This document shows, piece by piece, positions 37,895 through 47,800 of a DNA stretch of 58,668 nucleotides. This DNA comes from Bacilli bacterium (GTDB lineage: Bacteria > Bacillota_I > Bacilli_A > RF39 > UBA660): positions 1 through 58,668 of the forward strand of contig JAFQID010000048.1 of the NCBI GenBank assembly GCA_017397685.1. The letters run 5' to 3'. The notes under the pieces were generated by a model, which did not search any database, had not been told where the DNA came from, and saw only the letters and a list, made by a program, of their open reading frames with translations. Within the stretch, counting starts at the first letter, position 1; every line of letters starts with the position of its first letter. The position numbers were made by a program, and so were the translations under genes.

Positions 37895-38233
37895 CTATTC
37901 AGCCTCTTTTAAAACCTCATCACAGTCTCTAACAACTTCATATACATAAATAAATAACTTATTATTAACTTTAATACTATCAATACAATATTTTTCTATT
38001 TTCTCACTTTCTTTAATGTATTCTTCCTTTATTAAGTTATCTATAAACACAATAGAAGTTTCATTAAGACTCGGTAGCATATCCCTATCCTTAAAATATT
38101 TTTTAGAAGCAACTTTAACTTCTTTTTCTATTTTTAGTAAATCTTTATCCAAAGTATTATAATGAATAACTAACAAAGAAAAACACATAACAAAAATTAC
38201 TAAAAACCATAAAACCATTAATTTCTTACTCAT
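37895..38233 (-). CDS. Membrane-anchored pilin-like hypothetical protein (likely start ATG at 38233)
   Basis: N-terminal TM; ASKKY...FIDNLIKEEYI...C motif shared with pilin-like neighbours. Confidence 0.55.
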   Translation of the reverse strand: MSKKLMVLWFLVIFVMCFSLLVIHYNTLDKDLLKIEKEVKVASKKYFKDRDMLPSLNETSIVFIDNLIKEEYIKESEKIEKYCIDSIKVNNKLFIYVYEVVRDCDEVLKEAE

Positions 38234-38649
38234 TACCAATCCTTACTATCATCATAACCATTAGTTTCGTACTTTTTACACTTTACATATGGAAAATAAA
38301 TTAAAGAATTTGAATTCTTATAAACTTCAACATAACCTGAACAAGAATTACCATTCTTATCAAGTAATTTAGATAAATAACCATTATAATATAAAGTATT
38401 ATATCTTATAACAACCATATCTTTAGAAGTATCTCCATTATAAAACTCTCTAACATAATCTTTCGCAGATTCTTCTAACTTATTTTCAAGAGTTTCATAA
38501 GAAAATGAACTAGAACCTATATTATCAATATATCCATCACTACCAAGAAGACCTAATCTATTAAGCATAATAGTCGCAAAAACAAGACAAACTAAAAACA
38601 TAAGTATAAAAGCAAGTTCAACCCTAAGTCCCCAACCATTTCTTTTCAT
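38233..38649 (-). CDS. Pilin-like protein with an atypical prepilin leader (likely start ATG at 38649)
   Basis: MKRNG|WGLRVE..hydrophobic; SAKDY...YNTLYYNGYL..CSGYV..Y.PYVKC. Confidence 0.6.
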   Translation of the reverse strand: MKRNGWGLRVELAFILMFLVCLVFATIMLNRLGLLGSDGYIDNIGSSSFSYETLENKLEESAKDYVREFYNGDTSKDMVVIRYNTLYYNGYLSKLLDKNGNSCSGYVEVYKNSNSLIYFPYVKCKKYETNGYDDSKDW

Positions 38650-38693
38650 ATCAATCAACCTCTTCTATTAACATAATTATATTATAAATTAAA

Positions 38694-38993
38694 TTACATT
38701 TCTATAATTTCTTCTATTTTTTTTGCTATTTTTTTATCTTTAATATCTTTAAGCAAATCATATAAAATCATACTTTTCTTTTTATTAAATAATATAGACT
38801 CATATTTAATCAATTTATCACTAACAATCTTTAAAGTCTTAGAAATATAAGCTCTACTAGTACCAATTACCTCAGCTATTTCATTAAGAGAATAATCTTC
38901 AAAATAATAATACTCAAAACACTTTCTTTCATTATCAGTAAGTAAACCATTATATATATCATAAAGTTTAATTAAATCATCTCTCTCTTCCAT
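38694..38993 (-). CDS. ylxM: YlxM-like HTH protein (SRP-associated)
   Basis: LYDIYNGLLT..E..YYFEDYSLNEIAE...SR; directly after ftsY. Confidence 0.88.
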   Translation of the reverse strand: MEERDDLIKLYDIYNGLLTDNERKCFEYYYFEDYSLNEIAEVIGTSRAYISKTLKIVSDKLIKYESILFNKKKSMILYDLLKDIKDKKIAKKIEEIIEM

Positions 38994-39973
38994 TAAAACT
39001 CCTTAAATAAACCATATATATATTTTTCAATATCAAACTCAAGTAAATCTTCTTCTCTTTCTCCAAGACCTACAAACTTAACTGGAATACCTACACTTTC
39101 TTTAATCGCAAGAACTATTCCCCCTTTAGCAGTCCCATCAAGTTTAGTTAAAACAATTCCTGTTATATTAGTTATTTCTTTAAAGTTTTTAGCTTGACTT
39201 ATTCCATTTTGACCAGTAGTCGCATCAATAACAAGCATAGTTTCAACCGGATTACCAGGAACTAAATCTCCGATAACCTTATTCATTTTTTCAAGTTCTT
39301 TCATTAAATTAACTTTATTTTCAAGTCTACCTGCCGTATCAATAAGCGCAACATTAACTCCTTCTTCTCTAGCTTTAATTAACCCATCATAAATAACCGC
39401 AGAAGGATCTTTTCTATCATCACCAAAAAATAAAGCACCTACTTTATCTGACCACTCTTTAAGTTGATTAACAGCTCCCGCTCTAAAAGTATCTCCTCCA
39501 ATAAACATTACCTTTTTTCCCTCTTTAATAAGTTTACTACCAATCTTAGCTATACTAGTTGTCTTACCAACACCATTAACACCAACAAATAAAATAACAT
39601 TTAATATATCATCATGAATATTAAGTTTAGTAGTTAATATCTCTTCATTAACATATATCATAAAAAGTTCATCAACTATTACTTCTTTCAAATACTCAAA
39701 ATCAGTAATATTTTCACTTTTAACACGCTTCTTAAGTTTATCAACAAAATCCATAACAGTATTAACACCAATATCAGCTGTAATCAAAATCTCCTCAAGT
39801 TCATCATAAAACTCATCACTAATCTTTGTATATTTGATACCTAAAATAGATAACTTATTAACAAACTCATCTCTTGTTTTTGAAAGGCCATCTACATACT
39901 TATTAGTTTCTACCTTTATCTCTTCATCTTTATTTTTTACAAAAAAACTTTTAACTTTACTAAATATTCCCAT
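38993..39973 (-). CDS. ftsY: SRP receptor FtsY
   Basis: GVNGVGKTT, DTFRAGA, DTAGRL, TKLDGTAKGG. Confidence 0.97.
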   Translation of the reverse strand: MGIFSKVKSFFVKNKDEEIKVETNKYVDGLSKTRDEFVNKLSILGIKYTKISDEFYDELEEILITADIGVNTVMDFVDKLKKRVKSENITDFEYLKEVIVDELFMIYVNEEILTTKLNIHDDILNVILFVGVNGVGKTTSIAKIGSKLIKEGKKVMFIGGDTFRAGAVNQLKEWSDKVGALFFGDDRKDPSAVIYDGLIKAREEGVNVALIDTAGRLENKVNLMKELEKMNKVIGDLVPGNPVETMLVIDATTGQNGISQAKNFKEITNITGIVLTKLDGTAKGGIVLAIKESVGIPVKFVGLGEREEDLLEFDIEKYIYGLFKEF

Positions 39974-40010
39974 ATTACTTCTCCTTTATTAATCATATTA
40001 TATCATTTTT

Positions 40011-40865
40011 TTATTTAATATTTAACACTAATTTTTTATGATTAATATCCTCATAACTTTCCTTAATATATGCCTCAAACCCAGTAGCTTCATTTTCAAA
40101 ATCCTTCTTCATATTATTTCTTTTTCTTTTATTAATTAAAAACTTACTATCTAGAATATATAAAAAATCTAAAAGTCTTAAATAATATAAAAACATATTT
40201 TCAGGAATATATTTATCCATATCATCAATAACCGCCCTAGTATTCGCAGTAAAAAAATATTTAGCCAAATTTTCTCTTCCAATTATATTTTCAATTAATA
40301 AAATACGTCTATATCTTTCACTATAAAAATCATCATCATTAATCCTTCTTTTTTCCATTAACGAAACATAAGCCTCATCCAAAGCTATAAAATTTTCATT
40401 TTTAAACTTACTATCTGATTGTGAAAAACCACAATAATTTATTCCATTATCATAAATATACGAAAAAGCATGACATAATTCATGAAACAAAGTATCAGTA
40501 TCTTCACAATTATAAAGACATATTCTATTCTTATCCATATCATAATGAGCATAATCTCTTAAATCATTAATATTAAATACTTCTATTTTTAAATTTTTCA
40601 AATTATTTAAAGCAATAGTATTATCAACATATGGATATCTACTCATTACAATATCAAGTAAAGCCTTCTTTTCACTATCTAACTGATCAATACTAACATT
40701 TCTATTAATAACTGGCTTATCATAAACAACTGGAATATGATGAACTCTATTTTCAATATTTTCTAAACTTGCAAAATCTTCACATAAATCATAAATAACA
40801 CTATCAAAATACATAAAAAAACTTTTTAGTACATCTTTATCTTTATCAAAAATCATACAACTCAC
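40011..40865 (-). CDS. Hypothetical HExxH zinc-metalloprotease-like protein
   Basis: TLFHELCHAF plus downstream ALDEAYVS; start codon uncertain. Confidence 0.6.
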   Translation of the reverse strand: MSCMIFDKDKDVLKSFFMYFDSVIYDLCEDFASLENIENRVHHIPVVYDKPVINRNVSIDQLDSEKKALLDIVMSRYPYVDNTIALNNLKNLKIEVFNINDLRDYAHYDMDKNRICLYNCEDTDTLFHELCHAFSYIYDNGINYCGFSQSDSKFKNENFIALDEAYVSLMEKRRINDDDFYSERYRRILLIENIIGRENLAKYFFTANTRAVIDDMDKYIPENMFLYYLRLLDFLYILDSKFLINKRKRNNMKKDFENEATGFEAYIKESYEDINHKKLVLNIK

Positions 40866-40978
40866 CTATAAGTGAAAATATACTAACACATAAATATATT
40901 AAAAGCAAGTAGACAAAAAATCAAATATTTGATATAATCATACCTACGAAGAAAAACTTTTTAATTAGGAGTGAAATA

Positions 40979-42652
40979 ATGAAAAATGAAAACAATGAAA
41001 CTTTACTATGTGCTTTAGGAGGCCTAGGAGAAGTTGGAAAAAACATGTATATGTTTAAACATAACGAAGAAATATTTATAATAGATGCTGGCGTAATGTT
41101 TCCAGAAGATGATCTTTTAGGAATTGATTATGTACTAGCTGATTATACAATATTAAAAAAGGAACAAGATAAAATTAAAGGTCTTATCATAACCCATGGT
41201 CATGAAGATCATATTGGTGGAATTCCTTTCTTACTTCAAAATGTTAGTATTCCTGTAATATACGCATCTAAAATAGCAAGCAAATTAATAAAAAACAAAC
41301 TTGAAGAACGAAACATCCCATTTAATAAAATAGTAGAAATAAATGAAGAACTAATTATAAAAACAAAACATTTTAATATAGAGTTCTTTACAACAACCCA
41401 TTCAATCCCAGATTCATTTGGCCTTATAATAAAAACAGAAAATGGAACTATTATAGAAACAGGAGACTTCAAATTTGACCTAACGCCTATCGGAAAAGTA
41501 GCAAACTTTGGAAAAATCGCAGATGCTGGTAATAAAGGAGTTACTTTACTTATGAGTGATTCAACAAATGCACTAGTTCCAGGTTTTTCAAATAGTGAAA
41601 GCATAGTCGATGAAGCTCTAGGAGAAATATTCGCATACTCAAAATCTTCTAGAATAATTCTCGCAACATTCGCAAGTAATATTTATAGATTAACTCATAT
41701 AATAGAAACTTGTAAACAAAACGGTAGAAAAGTTGCAGTATTTGGAAGAAGTATGAATACAAGCATAGACATAGCAATAGAATGCGGTTACATAAAAGAT
41801 AAAGACATATTTATAACAAGTGATGAAGCAAATAAACTTCCTCCAAGCAAAGTATGTTTATTATGTACTGGTTCACAAGGAGAACCACTAGCCGCTCTTT
41901 CTAGAATAGCAAACGGAACAGATAGAAATATAACTCTTATGCCAGAAGATGTTGTTATTTTCTCATCTTCTCCTATTCCAGGAAACGCAATGAGCATTAA
42001 TAGAATAATAAATAAACTATACTTAAAAGGTGCAAAAGTATACACAAATGAAAACGACTTAGATGTACACACAAGTGGACACGCAAAACAAGAAGAATTA
42101 AAATTATTATTTAGATTAGTAAAACCAAAATACTTTATGCCTATGCATGGAGAATATAGAATGCTAAAAACACACGCAGACATCGCACAAACATGTGGTG
42201 TTGCAAAAGAAAACACTTTTGTACTTCAAAATGGTGAAATACTTTCTATATTAAATGGTGAAGTAAAAAGAAAAGGTTCAATTCCAATAAATGATATTTA
42301 TGTAGATGGTTCAAGAATTGGTGATGTAGGCGCAGCCGTAATTAAAGATAGAAAAATAATGTCAACAGATGGAGTATTAATAGTAATATTAAACATAGAT
42401 TACCAAAATAAAAAACTTATATTAGAACCAAATATTACAACAAGAGGTTTTGTAATAGTAAATGATAATCTAGAATTAATAAAAAAACTACAAAATAAAA
42501 CATCGATAATAACATTAAACGAATTAGAAAAAGATAACTTCAGCATTACCGATTTAAAAAATAGAATAATATTAGAACTTAATTCATATATTATAGAACT
42601 AACAGGTAGAAGACCAATAATAATCCCAATGCTGTTAATAAATAAAAAATAA
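40979..42652 (+). CDS. rnj: Ribonuclease J
   Basis: LGGLGEVGKN, THGHEDHIGG, HSIPD, GDFKFD, CTGSQGEP, HTSGH, PMHGEYRML. Confidence 0.97.
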   Translation: MKNENNETLLCALGGLGEVGKNMYMFKHNEEIFIIDAGVMFPEDDLLGIDYVLADYTILKKEQDKIKGLIITHGHEDHIGGIPFLLQNVSIPVIYASKIASKLIKNKLEERNIPFNKIVEINEELIIKTKHFNIEFFTTTHSIPDSFGLIIKTENGTIIETGDFKFDLTPIGKVANFGKIADAGNKGVTLLMSDSTNALVPGFSNSESIVDEALGEIFAYSKSSRIILATFASNIYRLTHIIETCKQNGRKVAVFGRSMNTSIDIAIECGYIKDKDIFITSDEANKLPPSKVCLLCTGSQGEPLAALSRIANGTDRNITLMPEDVVIFSSSPIPGNAMSINRIINKLYLKGAKVYTNENDLDVHTSGHAKQEELKLLFRLVKPKYFMPMHGEYRMLKTHADIAQTCGVAKENTFVLQNGEILSILNGEVKRKGSIPINDIYVDGSRIGDVGAAVIKDRKIMSTDGVLIVILNIDYQNKKLILEPNITTRGFVIVNDNLELIKKLQNKTSIITLNELEKDNFSITDLKNRIILELNSYIIELTGRRPIIIPMLLINKK

Positions 42653-42740
42653 TTTTAAAAATATAAAAAAACAATTGACTTATTAATACATTTTATGATA
42701 ATATTAAAGCACTTGATTAATTATCAAGTGCCTACCAAAT

Positions 42741-42817
42741 GGGGAATTGGCTCAGTTGGCTAGAGCATCTGCCTTGCACGCAGAGGGTCACCGGTTCGAA
42801 TCCGGTATTCTCCACCA
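42741..42817 (+). tRNA. tRNA-Ala(TGC)
   Basis: GGGGAAT...ATTCTCC acceptor stem, TCTGC-CT TGC AC-GCAGA anticodon arm, GGTTCGAATCC, encoded CCA; TTGACT promoter at 42675. Confidence 0.97.
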
Positions 42818-42828
42818 AATTAAAAAAC

Positions 42829-42851
42829 AAACGACATTAAGTCGTTTTTTT
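42829..42851. terminator. Bidirectional terminator between tRNA-Ala and yvcK
   Basis: AAACGAC-ATTAA-GTCGTTT with A and T runs on both sides. Confidence 0.7.
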
Positions 42852-42861
42852 TATTATATAA

Positions 42862-43812
42862 TTATTTCAAAACATCAATCAAATACCCATAAATATCATA
42901 AGCAACTTTTACACTATTATGTCTAATATAATTATTACAAATACTTACATAATCATTTTCAATTAAATCACACTCAATATTATCCTTATCTATCACAACA
43001 GGATCTTTTTGTTCTTCAGTTGCATATTTAACAATTAATTCTTCATCAATATCTCCATTATTACAAATAACTAAATCAATTTTTCTTCTTCCCAAATAAC
43101 TATTAATTAAATTAACATGATCACTTACACTATAATCATCAGTTTCTCCAGGTTGACTCATCATATTACATACATAAATAATCTTACATTTACTCTCATC
43201 AATAGCATTAATAACCTCATCACATATCAAATTACAAACAAGACTAGTAAACAAACTACCCATACTAAGAACTATCGCATCACACTTCTTAATCGCACTA
43301 ATAACATCATTATTTACTCTTGGTTTATTCTTATAACTAATACTCTTTATTTTCTTATCACACTTTGTAATATAACTTTCTCCCTCGACAACACTTCCAT
43401 CTTCCATAACAGCAGTTAAAACAGCATAATCATCAGTAAAAGGAAGAACACTACCCTTTATCTTTAACAAACTACTTATAGATTTAACACCTTTAGATAA
43501 ACTTCCATCATTTATATTACATAAAGCCGCAAGAATAATATTCCCCATCGCATGACCACTAAAACTATTATTCCCATCAAACCTATAATTAACAAGTCTC
43601 TCAACAACGCTATCAGTATCGCTAAGTGCAACTATTACCCTTCTAACATCACCAACACCTGGAATATTAAAATCATGTCTAAGCATACCTGTACTTTTAC
43701 CATCATCCGCAACACTAACAACCGCACTAATATCAAAAGGAAACTTTTTAAGTCCACTAAGCAAACAAGATTGCCCAGTTCCACCACCAAAAACAACTAT
43801 TTTTTTATTCAT
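42862..43812 (-). CDS. yvcK: YvcK/CofD-like UDP-GlcNAc-binding protein (likely start ATG at 43812)
   Basis: IVVFGGGTGQS, SVADDGKSTG, GDVRRV, GHAMGN, MGSLFTS, NMMSQPGET, IRHN. Confidence 0.9.
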   Translation of the reverse strand: MNKKIVVFGGGTGQSCLLSGLKKFPFDISAVVSVADDGKSTGMLRHDFNIPGVGDVRRVIVALSDTDSVVERLVNYRFDGNNSFSGHAMGNIILAALCNINDGSLSKGVKSISSLLKIKGSVLPFTDDYAVLTAVMEDGSVVEGESYITKCDKKIKSISYKNKPRVNNDVISAIKKCDAIVLSMGSLFTSLVCNLICDEVINAIDESKCKIIYVCNMMSQPGETDDYSVSDHVNLINSYLGRRKIDLVICNNGDIDEELIVKYATEEQKDPVVIDKDNIECDLIENDYVSICNNYIRHNSVKVAYDIYGYLIDVLK

Positions 43813-43813
43813 A

Positions 43814-44758
43814 TCATCTCTCCACAAAGTAAAAATAATACTCCTCAAAACTAATATTTTCATTATGTATCAAACTAGCTGCCTCATATCCCACATATCT
43901 AAGTCTCCAAGCTGAAGAAGAAAACTTAGTAATATCTTCTTTTTCCTTAGGTAATCTAAATATAAATCCATACTTATAAGCATTATCCTTAAGCCATAAA
44001 TATTCCTCACTCTCATAAGGATTTTCTATTACCTTATTATATGGTACTAACTCAAAAGATAGCCCTGTTTGATACTCAGAATGACCAGGTCTAGCAACTA
44101 ACTTATCAGCCTCACTAATACCATAACTATCCTTAAAACTATTATAAATAGACTCCTGTTCCTTATATGACCTATAACCACTATCAACTACAAAAGTATA
44201 ACCAGCTTCTTTACCAGCCCCAATTAAAGAAATAATATTTTCTAAAATACTTTTACTTATCTTCTTTCCAACATAAGCATATTGCTGCGGAATATCAACA
44301 ATATCTTCAGGTTCATAATCAGATGATAAACCATAAAGTCTATTTACAAGCATTAGTTCATTCTTTTCTGTATCAGTATCTCTTTTCTCATCAATCCACT
44401 CAACATAACTAAAAGTATTAACCAAAGATACAACTTTACTAAAGTCATCAACTTTATTTTCTTTAAGATAGTCTAGATAATCATCAAGCCTATCATATAT
44501 AAAATACTTTTCACTAATCAAATGAACAATATTTGAATTATACTTACGCTTCAAAAGATTATCAATCTCACTATCTTTAAACTCACTTTCAATAACTTCT
44601 ATTTCATCAGCACTATATCCAATATCTAGTAGTTTATACTCATAAGTTTGTTTATATTTATAATTAGATACAAGTTTTACAGCAATAAACACTAAAGCAA
44701 CAACAAATACAATAAAAGCCCCCAACCTAAAATAATTAAGTTTTTGTTTCATATTCAT
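43814..44758 (-). CDS. M15B (VanY/LdcB-like) D-Ala-D-Ala or L,D-carboxypeptidase, N-terminally anchored
   Basis: DSGYRSY..Q, ARPGHSEYQTGLSFEL, WLKDNAYKYGFI.R, WRLRYVG; some zinc-ligand positions deviate (SEY for SEH, AWR for EPWH). Confidence 0.8.
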   Translation of the reverse strand: MNMKQKLNYFRLGAFIVFVVALVFIAVKLVSNYKYKQTYEYKLLDIGYSADEIEVIESEFKDSEIDNLLKRKYNSNIVHLISEKYFIYDRLDDYLDYLKENKVDDFSKVVSLVNTFSYVEWIDEKRDTDTEKNELMLVNRLYGLSSDYEPEDIVDIPQQYAYVGKKISKSILENIISLIGAGKEAGYTFVVDSGYRSYKEQESIYNSFKDSYGISEADKLVARPGHSEYQTGLSFELVPYNKVIENPYESEEYLWLKDNAYKYGFIFRLPKEKEDITKFSSSAWRLRYVGYEAASLIHNENISFEEYYFYFVER

Positions 44759-44843
44759 TTTCTCCTATTAATATTATACAACTAAATAACATAAATGAAA
44801 ACACATACTGTTATTTTAAAAAGTAATATTTACATTAAGAAAA

Positions 44844-44866
44844 AGAAAGCATATTTATCGCTTTCT
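44844..44866 (-). terminator. Intrinsic terminator after the large adhesin gene
   Basis: AGAAAGC-9 nt-GCTTTCT. Confidence 0.6.
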
Positions 44867-44878
44867 AATTTAATATAT

Positions 44879-47800
44879 TTACTTATAATATGTCCTTCCG
44901 CCACCATTATTTCTAATTGTAGCACCTGAAGCTGAAAATGTTCCAGCAGCATTATAAATAGTTGGGTGACCAGAACTATTATTTTGAAATGTTCCACCAT
45001 AAACTCTAACAACATCAGAAGCACCAGTAACAGCTACTAAATAGTTATAACCGGTAGTAAATGTTCCTGCATATATATCCGCACTTCCACCAGCAAATAA
45101 TAAAGCAGGAGAATCAACAGAACTTGAAAAAGTTCCAGAATTAATAGTTATTTTCCCACCCTGAGAAGTTACAAGAGCATAAATAGTTCCAGTACCAGAA
45201 TTATGTAAAAATTGAGGACTACCTTCAAAAGTTACAGTATTAGCTCTTTGACCTAATAGAGTTCTATAATTAGATGTAACCTTTGTACTACCTTTTATAG
45301 ACATATTACCCCAATTAGTTAAACATGTATAAGAAAGCTCTGATTCAGTAGTTTCACACTTCAAAGTCAAATTACTAATAGTAGCAGTTCCATAATTTCT
45401 AATACAGCTAGCACCATTGTTACAATTAAATGTTCCTCCTGTATAATTAAGAGTTCCTCCAGAAACAACATAAATAGACCATATACCACCATCTTCAACA
45501 TAAGTTCCTGAAGAAGTAAGTGTTCCTCCAGAAATATTTAATTGACCTCCAGACTGAACAGTAAACTCACCCTCATGAATATTAGTAGTATCATTTCCTG
45601 TTTTTGCAATAATAGAAAGCGATCCACTGCTAAAAGTTTGAGTACCAGATATAGATGAAATAGCATTCATATTATTATCAGTAAATGAAGCTGTTGCATG
45701 TGTAGCAGTACTTCCAGCAGAAGAAGTAATATAACAAGGACCTGTAATACTACCACCAGTTACAGTAAGTGTACCAGCAGTATTATTAAACACACAAATA
45801 CTACCAGTATGTGTTAAAGTTCCACTACTCATATTTAAAGTTTTAGAATTGTTTATCAAAGCAGCAGATGTACTATTTGTTGAATAAGTACCACCTGAAA
45901 TAGTTAAACTATTAGTATTATTTATAACAGGACTAGTAGAAGCAGCTGTTGTATTTCTTACAGTACCACTACCAGATATAGTAAGTGTTCCATTATTAGT
46001 AATATTACCAGTAATAGTCTTTGAGTTTAAAGCTAACTCTACATTTTTATTAGCAGGAATTGTAGCACCTGAACTACTATTAGCAGCCATAGTAACAATA
46101 ACCTTACTATTATCAGCAGGAACAGCATTAATAGCATCAGCTAAAGAAGCATATGTATTAGTTCCAATTTGAGCAATAGGATTCGTTGCTTGCCAGTGTG
46201 CATATAAAGTTACATTTGACAATCCTATCCATTTACTACTTGCATTAGTATACCCACTTACACTAGCAACTAATGTTCCATCAGCATTAATAACTTTTGT
46301 ACCACCACTAGCTGCAGTATACCATCCATCTAAAGTATAACTAGTTTTTGTAGGTACTGTAATAGTTGTCACACCACCATCATACGTTGCAGTTACACTT
46401 GAACTACCATTAGTTGTTGCTCCGTTTCCATTTAATGTAACAGTAGAGGTTATCGCATTCCAAGAAGCGGTTAAAGTCGTTGCTGAAGTTCCACCTGTGA
46501 AAGTTGTTCCAGACAAGCTTCCACCACCACTTTTTGTCCATCCACCAAAGTTATATCCGGTTCTAGTTGGATTAGCAATAGTTACTGTTTGTTCATAATA
46601 TAACTCACCAGGATTATTTCCACTATACGTTCCACCATTTGCATCTATTGTTAATCCATATTTATTTCTTGTATAATCATAAGTTATTACGTTCTTGTTA
46701 TATTCATCAGTATCAACATCAATTATTATTTTTTGAGTTGTTGTTGGTGATGTAAATCCAGTATATGTTTTTATAGTACCAGTTATTTCACTTCCATAAT
46801 CCGCATTACCACTTACTGTATCAGCAGCAACAACAGTATAACCATTACCATCAACATTCATTTGTCTATGGTATACAACATATGGATATTGATTAACACT
46901 CCAACCAGCTGTTACAGTAGATGCCTTTGCTTCACTCATCGTAAATGTATTTCCATTAAGTGTACCAGCATTTTCTGACCAACCAGTAAAAGTATAACCA
47001 GTTCTATCAGGTGTTGATAATGTAGTTTGAGCCTCATAATACATATTAACAGTAGAATTAGAAGTTGAACTATTATATGTCCCACCATTTGGATTTATTG
47101 TTAAATTATATTTGTTTCTTGAATAATTATAATTTACTACGTTCTTAGTTGGTGGATTACTATCAGCAACAATTGTTATTTCCTTAGAACTTGGTGATGT
47201 AAATCCAGTATATGTTTTTAATTCTGGAGTTACTTTACTACCAAAACCAGCACTTCCACTAGCTGTATCAGCATCTACTAAAGTATATCCACTTCCACTT
47301 ACATTCATTTTATTATGATATGCTATCCATGGATAATTATTTACTTGCCATGTAGCTGTTAAAGAACTATGTTGAGCATCACTCATTTTAAACGTTGTAC
47401 TATTAGTAAGTTCTCCACCACTTACGCTCCAACCTGTAAACGTATATCCTTCTCTTTCAGGCGTAGAAATAGTAGTTGTTGCTTCATAATACATTTGAAC
47501 ACTAGTATTCCCACTATAAGTTCCACCATTAGCATCAATAGTCAACGTATATTGATTTCTAGTATAATTATATTCAACTATATTATCACCAGTTCCAATA
47601 GTGATTGATTTTTTACTTGGTGAAGTAAACCCAGCATAAGTTTTAACATCAGGACTTATTACATCACCATAATTAGCATTTGCTGTAGAACTTTCTGCCG
47701 TAGTATATCCACTTCCACTTATATTCATTTTATTATGTTTAACAGTATACTCATAACTATTAACATTCCAGTTAGCTGTTAAAGTACAATTCTCACTTCC

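Noticed and set aside
38662-38695. dif-like sequence (minus strand TTATAA-TATAA-TTATGTTAATA)
   Set aside because: Only the XerD-like arm matches, the spacer is 5 bp rather than 6, and it doubles as a -10 promoter region
41236-42216. Minus-strand ORFs of 122 and 142 aa
   Set aside because: Antisense to the well-supported rnj
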